Shown here piece after piece: positions 26,213-32,000 of a DNA stretch of 32,000 nucleotides. The notes under the pieces are model-generated. The model was not told the DNA's origin. It ran no database searches and worked only from the letters and a program-made list of their open reading frames with translations. Source of the DNA: Synechococcus elongatus PCC 6301 (lineage in GTDB: Bacteria > Cyanobacteriota > Cyanobacteriia > Synechococcales > Synechococcaceae); contig NC_006576.1 of assembly GCF_000010065.1 (NCBI RefSeq), forward strand, positions 1,470,001 to 1,502,000, given 5' to 3'. Every line of letters starts with the position of its first letter. Position 1 is the stretch's first letter. Position numbers and translations under genes: made by a program.

Positions 26213-26812
26213 ATGACCAACGCGGTCAACCAAGCGCAATTCTGGGAACAGCGCTATCAGGAGGGCAGCGATCGCTGGGATTTGGGGCAGGCGGCTCCTG
26301 TTTGGCGATCGTTACTGGCAGGGACTAATGCACCAGCACCCGGACGGATTGCTGTGCTGGGCTGTGGTCGCGGTCACGATGCCCGTCTGTTTGCTGAGCA
26401 GGGATTTGAGGTCGTGGGCTTTGATTTTGCCCCCAGTGCGATCGCAGCGGCTCAAGCATTGGCGCAGGGGACAACAGCTCAGTTTCTGCAGCGGGATATT
26501 TTTGCGCTGCCCCAAGAATTTGCCGGTCAGTTTGACACTGTGCTGGAACATACCTGTTTCTGTGCGATCGATCCCGATCGCCGAGCAGAGTATGTCGAAG
26601 TCGTGCGACAGATTCTCAAGCCCAAGGGCTGCTTGTTGGGACTGTTCTGGTGCCATGATCGCCCCTCAGGACCGCCCTATGGCTGCAGCCTGACTGAGCT
26701 GCGCGATCGCTTTGCTCAAGGCTGGCAAGAAGAGCAACTGGAGTCAGTCACCGAGTCTGTCGAAGGACGGCGTGGCGAAGAGTACCTCGGTCGCTGGCGT
26801 CGGTTGGACTAA
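26213..26812 (+). CDS. TPMT-family SAM methyltransferase (thiol/halide methyltransferase-like)
   Basis: 199 aa. It has FWEQRYQEGSDRWDLG followed by SAM motif I VLGCGRGHDARLFAEQGFEVVGFDFAP, which is typical of thiopurine/halide-thiol methyltransferases. Confidence 0.8.
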   Translation: MTNAVNQAQFWEQRYQEGSDRWDLGQAAPVWRSLLAGTNAPAPGRIAVLGCGRGHDARLFAEQGFEVVGFDFAPSAIAAAQALAQGTTAQFLQRDIFALPQEFAGQFDTVLEHTCFCAIDPDRRAEYVEVVRQILKPKGCLLGLFWCHDRPSGPPYGCSLTELRDRFAQGWQEEQLESVTESVEGRRGEEYLGRWRRLD

Positions 26813-26871
26813 AGGCGACCAATCGCATCACCAATGATTGTCGCGATCGCAGACTGAGGCTAGGGTTTTGA

Positions 26872-26942
<71 letters not shown>

Positions 26943-26984
26943 AAGCAAAGCTCACTCCTCTACCAGAGACTTTCGAACAACGGT

Positions 26985-27074
26985 ATGCGCTTGCTCTGTC
27001 TCAGCAACGGTCATGGCGAAGATCAGATTGCGATCCGCATTTTGACGGAACTGCGTCGACTTGAACCGGACTAA
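26985..27074 (+). pseudogene. Truncated 5' fragment (29 codons plus TAA) of the lipid-A-disaccharide-synthase-related gene
   Basis: MRLLCLSNGHGEDQIAIRILTELRRLEPD* matches the first 29 residues of the 408-aa protein at 29643, with one substitution (R/Q). Confidence 0.75.
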
Positions 27075-27082
27075 GCGATCGC

Positions 27083-29528
27083 AACTCACGGCTGTAAAGT
27101 CTTAGCAGATAAAGCTTGTCAGGAATTCATTGTTCTGTTGGTTTCGCAGGGTCATGACTGTCGTTTAGAGTTGGCGCAACAGTTCAAAGTTTGAATATTG
27201 AACCGAAGCAATGGAGGAAGATTACACTTCTGCTTAGTCAAGAAACACACAGCAACTGTGGCGGAATGATGAAGAACTATCTAAAAGTCACAAAAATTTG
27301 ATTAACCTTGCGATGATTTAATTACTACTCCGTAAATCCACCTCTGATCGATGCTTCCATTACACCACAAAAATCTTAAAGAAAGTTTTCCAGAGAGAAG
27401 GTCTCGCCAAACTCTGTCTTTGCTTGACTAGAGTCATCAGCAGTGTATTTCGATCATTCACAAATCAAGTCCTGTGAAAAAACGCAATGCTCTTATTTTC
27501 GCAGTTGGAACCAGTGTGTTTGCTATCGCTTTACCAACTCTAATCTCAATCAATATTGCTAGCAGAGAAGCATTAATTGGTGAGCAGAATTATATGCTGG
27601 CTACTGCTCGGGGGTTGCTTCGTAGCTCAGAGAAAGCAGCAGATCAAGTTGATAAAGGTTTTAAAGAGTTACGAGCCCTTCAGTCTGTTCAGACCTGCGA
27701 TCCAGAGCAGATTCAGGTCATGAGGAAGATTGACCTTGCCTCAGCTTATATTCAAGCAATTGGCTATGTTTCTGGTAACAAGCTAGTTTGCTCTTCAATG
27801 GGGAAAGATTCACTTGACTTAGGTCCTGTGGACATTGTTCAGCCTAGCGGAGCAAAGCTCAGGCGTAATGTTGAATTTGATTTTGCTAAAGGGCTTAAAT
27901 TTATTGTAATTGAACGGGATAGTTTTGCAGCAGTTATTCAGAAGGATGTGCCACTTGATATTTCCAAAGATATAGAAAATATATCAATTACAACTTTATC
28001 AAAATCTAATCCTGAGACCCTGACAGCTCGTGGTTTCATAGATCCTAAGTGGATTTCAGCCCTCAACAATCAGCAAGAATCCACTTTTATCGACAAGGGA
28101 CATATCATTGCAGCTGTCTCCTCTCAACGTTATTTTTTAGGCGCAGTTGTAGCTACTCCAGTCACTGGACTAGCATCAAGAACACGAGCAATTGCATGGA
28201 TAATTGTGCCTGTGGGTATTTTGGCAGGCATTATCCTTTGGCTTTCAGTTATCTACTTTTTAAGAGGCCAGTTGGCTTTGCCCGCAGTCATAAAAACTGC
28301 AATCAAACGTCGTGAATTTTTTCTTACCTATCAGCCAATAGTTAACCTTCAAACAGGAGATTGGGTTGGAGCTGAAGCACTTGTACGTTGGAAACGCCCC
28401 GATGGCAAGACTATGGCTCCTGATATTTTTATCCCTGTCGCAGAAGATAGTGGATTAATTCAACTGATTACTGAATATATTGTTGAAACACTGTCTCGGG
28501 AGGCGATCGGTTTCTTTGATGAGTTTCCAAGATTTCATATTGGTATCAATCTATCGGCCGCAGATCTGCATACCCCGCAGACAGTTTCTCTAATGCGTAA
28601 GGTCGCCAAGGCCACGAGTGCAAAACCAGGAAGTCTAATTGTGGAAGCCACAGAACGTGGCTTTACAGACCCTAAGCTTGCAAATGGAGTAATCAGCAGT
28701 TTACGAGCTGATGGAATACAAGTTGCTATTGATGATTTTGGGACAGGCTACTCAAGCTTGTCTTATTTAGAAAATCTTGAGCTTGATTACCTCAAAATAG
28801 ATAAGTCTTTCGTCGATACAATTGGCAGGGATACAGCAACTAGCAACGTCGTCACACATATCATTGAGATAGCCAAAACGCTGGATTTGATGATGGTTGC
28901 TGAAGGAGTAGAGACAGAATTGCAAGCTAATTTTTTGCGCAATCGTGGGGTTCAATATGCTCAAGGATGGTTCTTTGCAAAGCCAATGCTTTTTCCTGAA
29001 TTATATTCAAAACTTAGAGCTAGAGCTATGCGCAGCTACTCTGAGGCTTGAACACAACTGATAATTTGTCAAACTTGATATTTAATGGAAGGTTTTTTGC
29101 GGGATTATTATACTTTTTGATTTTACACAAGAAAACCATTAGAAGCTATTCCTAGGACAGCCAAAGAGGCGGCTGAGATAGGGAGTATTGTTAATATCTT
29201 TCTGCCTTCAAGGAAGTTGGCGAGCTCCCATAGGACAAGGACATTAATTGACTTGCATTAGATGGCTGGGGCAGCTTGATAACTAGCCCCGCTACCGCTG
29301 AAATCGACTACAAAAAGACAGCAATTATTTCAACAATACTCATTTAAACCAAGATATTTCTTTAGCGCTGACCTCACCGTATGGACTGAAATTGTTCAAG
29401 CGTCAGTCCGGATTTAAAGTCCGACTGCCCCTTGTTGAACCACCGTCTCCAGTCCACCGATCGCATGACACCTGCGTGCGATCGCTTGGGCGAAGGCCAG
29501 AATTTCTGCCGAGTCCAGAGAGAATTAA
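27083..29528. mobile_element. Low-GC genomic islet between the direct repeats; no integrase or transposase inside
   Basis: Sampled 60-nt lines give 35-47 % GC versus about 60 % in the flanks. There is no GCGATCGC between 27083 and 29477, whereas the flanks carry one every few hundred bp. The single cargo gene is flanked by AT-rich non-coding stretches of about 390 and 320 bp. The last ~155 bp (29374-29528) return to host-like composition. Confidence 0.6.
27474..29051 (+). CDS. CSS-motif-domain / EAL-domain c-di-GMP phosphodiesterase (two TM helices, periplasmic CSS sensor)
   Basis: 525 aa with a GTG start. Layout: TM1 ALIFAVGTSVFAIALPTLISI, a periplasmic domain with Cys75 and the eponymous LVC106SSMG, and TM2 IAWIIVPVGILAGIILWLSVIYFL. 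EAL-domain motifs are all present: EALVRW, GINLS, EATERG, DDFGTGYSSLSYL, KIDKSFV, EGVETE and QGWFFAKP. Confidence 0.9.
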   Translation: MKKRNALIFAVGTSVFAIALPTLISINIASREALIGEQNYMLATARGLLRSSEKAADQVDKGFKELRALQSVQTCDPEQIQVMRKIDLASAYIQAIGYVSGNKLVCSSMGKDSLDLGPVDIVQPSGAKLRRNVEFDFAKGLKFIVIERDSFAAVIQKDVPLDISKDIENISITTLSKSNPETLTARGFIDPKWISALNNQQESTFIDKGHIIAAVSSQRYFLGAVVATPVTGLASRTRAIAWIIVPVGILAGIILWLSVIYFLRGQLALPAVIKTAIKRREFFLTYQPIVNLQTGDWVGAEALVRWKRPDGKTMAPDIFIPVAEDSGLIQLITEYIVETLSREAIGFFDEFPRFHIGINLSAADLHTPQTVSLMRKVAKATSAKPGSLIVEATERGFTDPKLANGVISSLRADGIQVAIDDFGTGYSSLSYLENLELDYLKIDKSFVDTIGRDTATSNVVTHIIEIAKTLDLMMVAEGVETELQANFLRNRGVQYAQGWFFAKPMLFPELYSKLRARAMRSYSEA

Positions 29529-29740
<212 letters not shown>

Positions 29741-30888
29741 GGCGCTCCCGCTGGTGGGCGAGGGTCATGCGTTTGCGGCTGCCCAGATTGCACGAATTGG
29801 CCCTCGACAGGTGCTGCCCTCCGGCGGTTTTCTCAATCAAGACTGGCGGCAATTGCTGCGCGATTTGGCAGGTGGCCTAACGGGACTGACCTTTGGGCAA
29901 TGGCAGGCCGTGCGGCAGTGGTCCGAGTCGGGTAGCGCGGTGCTGGCGGTTGGCGATATTGTGCCGCTGCTGTTTGCCTGGGCCAGCGATCGCCCCTTTG
30001 CTTTTGTGGCGACAGCGAAGTCGGACTACTACTGGCGGGATGAACAGGGGCTGTTGCCGATCTCGAATCCGACAATGCTGTGGTCGCGCTGGCAGCGCAG
30101 CTACTTTGACCCTTGGGATCGCTGGTTGATGAAGCATCCGCGCTGTCGAGCCGTTTTCCCACGCGATCGCCTGACGGCTGAGGGGTTACAGCAGCTTGGG
30201 GTACCGGCGATCGCAGTCGGTAATCCGATGATGGACGGCCTCGAGGCACCGGAAGCTGCAGCTTGGTCCCCCCTTTTGCCGACGGGATCGCGTTGGTTGC
30301 TGTTGCCAGGTTCTCGGCCGCCGGAAGCTCAGCGAAATTGGTCGCAGATCATTGATGCACTGCCGGTTGATCCCGACCGCGCTTTTGTGGCGTTGGCGGC
30401 GATCGCGCCTTCCTTGCCGCTAGCGGAGTTCACGCAAGGTCTCAGCGATCGCGGTTGGCAACCTGCGGCTAGTCCGATTCCCGAGGCGATCGCCTTTCAA
30501 AAAGGAGCAGGTTGGTGCCTACTGGGGCAGCGGAATTTCGCGCCGTTTCTACAACTTGCCGAGGGCGCGATCGGAATGGCTGACACCGCGACAGAGCAAT
30601 GCGTGGGGCTCGGTAAGCCCGCTTTCACGATCGCGGGACAGGGGCCGCAGTTCACCCGTGGGTTCGCAGAAGCGCAGACTCGCTTGTTGGGGCAATCGGT
30701 GCAGTTACTCTCTCAACCTTCGGACTTCCTAACCGCATGGGAGGCTTATCAAGCCGATCTAGCCATGCAAGAAGCGACCGCAACCAATGGACGCTTACGT
30801 CTTGGAGAAGCGGGGGCAGCAGCCCGGATTGCCGAGGTCCTGCGATCGCAGCTGCTAGAGTCAGCGTGATTTATTCCTGTTGCGCCCT

Positions 30889-31374
30889 ATGAGTTTGGCG
30901 GAAGACGAGCGCTTTATGCGACGGGCGATCGCGCTGAGTCGGCAAGCAGGATTGATCGATTGTACGGGCGGGCCTTTTGGCTGTGTAATCACTCGCAACG
31001 GCGAGATCATCGCGGAAGGCTTCAATCAAGTCCTGACTGAAAGGGACCCGACTTGGCATGCTGAAATCGCCGCCATTCGACAAGCTTGCCAGCACCTACA
31101 AACTGTTGATTTATCGGGATGCACGCTCTACACCAGCGCGGAACCCTGTCCGATGTGTGCGGCAGCCGTTTACTGGGCCAAGCTCGAGCGCCTTGTTTTT
31201 GCGACCCGCTGCTCTGACACTGCTGCCTACGCCGAGTTTGATGACAGCACTATCTATGCTGAGATCCAAAAGCCAGCCCGCGATCGCACAATTCCCCATC
31301 AAGAACTGCTGCGATCGGAAGCTCAGATCGTTTGGCAAGACTATCAGCAACAACGCGATCGCACCCCGAATTGA
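30889..31374 (+). CDS. Guanine deaminase, GuaD type (CDA-fold nucleoside deaminase)
   Basis: 161 aa from the ATG at 30889. Zinc motifs are HAEIAAI and PCPMCAAAVYWA. GGPFGCVI, FDDSTIYAEIQKPARDRTIP and the overall alignment closely parallel Bacillus subtilis GuaD as I remember it. Confidence 0.8.
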   Translation: MSLAEDERFMRRAIALSRQAGLIDCTGGPFGCVITRNGEIIAEGFNQVLTERDPTWHAEIAAIRQACQHLQTVDLSGCTLYTSAEPCPMCAAAVYWAKLERLVFATRCSDTAAYAEFDDSTIYAEIQKPARDRTIPHQELLRSEAQIVWQDYQQQRDRTPN

Positions 31375-31589
31375 GGGCTGAGCGATCGCTCCTGATTGCT
31401 AACGATCCATCAACTCGCTCCGACCAGTCTCTAGACTGACCCCTCACGCTGGCAAAGATTGCACTGTCTAGTGTCTAGGGATCAGGCTGCAGCCGACTGA
31501 AATGGAGCAGCAATTTTTTGCAGCCAAAGAAAAGAAAATAGTGTTAACGTCTTGCATTAATTCGTCGCAATTAATCAAGAACTATTACG

Positions 31590-32000
31590 ATGCTGCAGAA
31601 AGTGACTCGCTTCTTGGGAATCCTTGCGCCACTTTGCTTAGCATCTTCGCTGTCTGCTGCGCCGCCCCCTGAAACCTTTGCCATCCGATCGACTGCAGAC
31701 CTCGAGCGTCTGTTAGCCGGTCTCAGCCGCGATCGCGATGCAGGCGCCCGCCAAGAAATTCAAGCCTTGATGGCGGTTCTTCTCGAAAAAGGGGTTCCCG
31801 TCCGCTATCAGCCCAACGGAGAACTGGGGCCCGGCCAGCGCTTTGTCCGTTTCGGCGTCTTTTCCACCAGCGGTCAACTGACCCTGACCGATCAGCCGCT
31901 GCGGGATACACGGACACTCTTGACTACGCTGCGCCATGAAGCTTGGCATGCCGTGCAAGCCTGCGCCACCAATGGCCGTCCTCGGGGACAACTCAAGCCG
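31590..32000 (+). CDS. 5' part of a secreted protein containing an HExxH motif (continues beyond the window)
   Basis: The ATG at 31590 opens a frame that runs to the window end: MLQKVTRFLGILAPLCLASSLSAAPPP... (signal-peptide-like) ...TLRHEAWHAVQAC. It is absent from the track because no stop is reached. Confidence 0.5.
   Translation, partial: MLQKVTRFLGILAPLCLASSLSAAPPPETFAIRSTADLERLLAGLSRDRDAGARQEIQALMAVLLEKGVPVRYQPNGELGPGQRFVRFGVFSTSGQLTLTDQPLRDTRTLLTTLRHEAWHAVQACATNGRPRGQLKP

Overview
This is a cyanobacterial chromosomal segment, almost certainly Synechococcus elongatus-like. I recognise it from memory, not from a search: the NtcA protein, a ferrochelatase with a C-terminal CAB/Hlip helix, and saturation with the HIP1 octamer GCGATCGC. 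It holds about 32 protein genes, mostly core housekeeping. These are ogt, an APH-like/P-loop kinase fusion, pdhB, secD-secF, ilvB, an M23 peptidase, hemH, a tyrosine recombinase, two SAM methyltransferases, an O-antigen-ligase/IctB-like membrane protein, ntcA with a canonical NtcA-activated promoter, fabI-hisB, tRNA-Cys(GCA), a lipid-A-disaccharide-synthase-related gene and a GuaD-type guanine deaminase. Two patches stand out compositionally. (i) At about 27.08-29.4 kb lies a low-GC islet (hand-counted 60-nt lines give 35-47 % GC, versus about 58-62 % in flanking lines) with no HIP1 site. It carries one CSS-domain EAL c-di-GMP phosphodiesterase. It is bracketed by 212-bp, about 90 %-identical direct repeats, each holding a tRNA-Cys copy plus the first 29 codons of the neighbouring gene; the left copy is a degenerate tRNA plus a truncated gene fragment. 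(ii) At about 18.2-21.5 kb lies a roughly 43 % GC, HIP1-poor segment. It encodes a 941-aa membrane protein that fuses a NapH/CcoG-like Cys-motif membrane module to a C-terminal CAP-type cNMP-binding domain lacking the canonical phosphate-binding Arg. I saw no CRISPR array, rRNA, IS/transposase or recognisable defence system, and I do not see a clear-cut novel multi-gene system. The best follow-up candidates are the tRNA-Cys islet, the 941-aa sensor-like protein, the orphan arm-type integrase next to hemH, and a perfect complement of the Yfr1 sRNA core motif in the leader of the DUF3084 gene downstream of ntcA.
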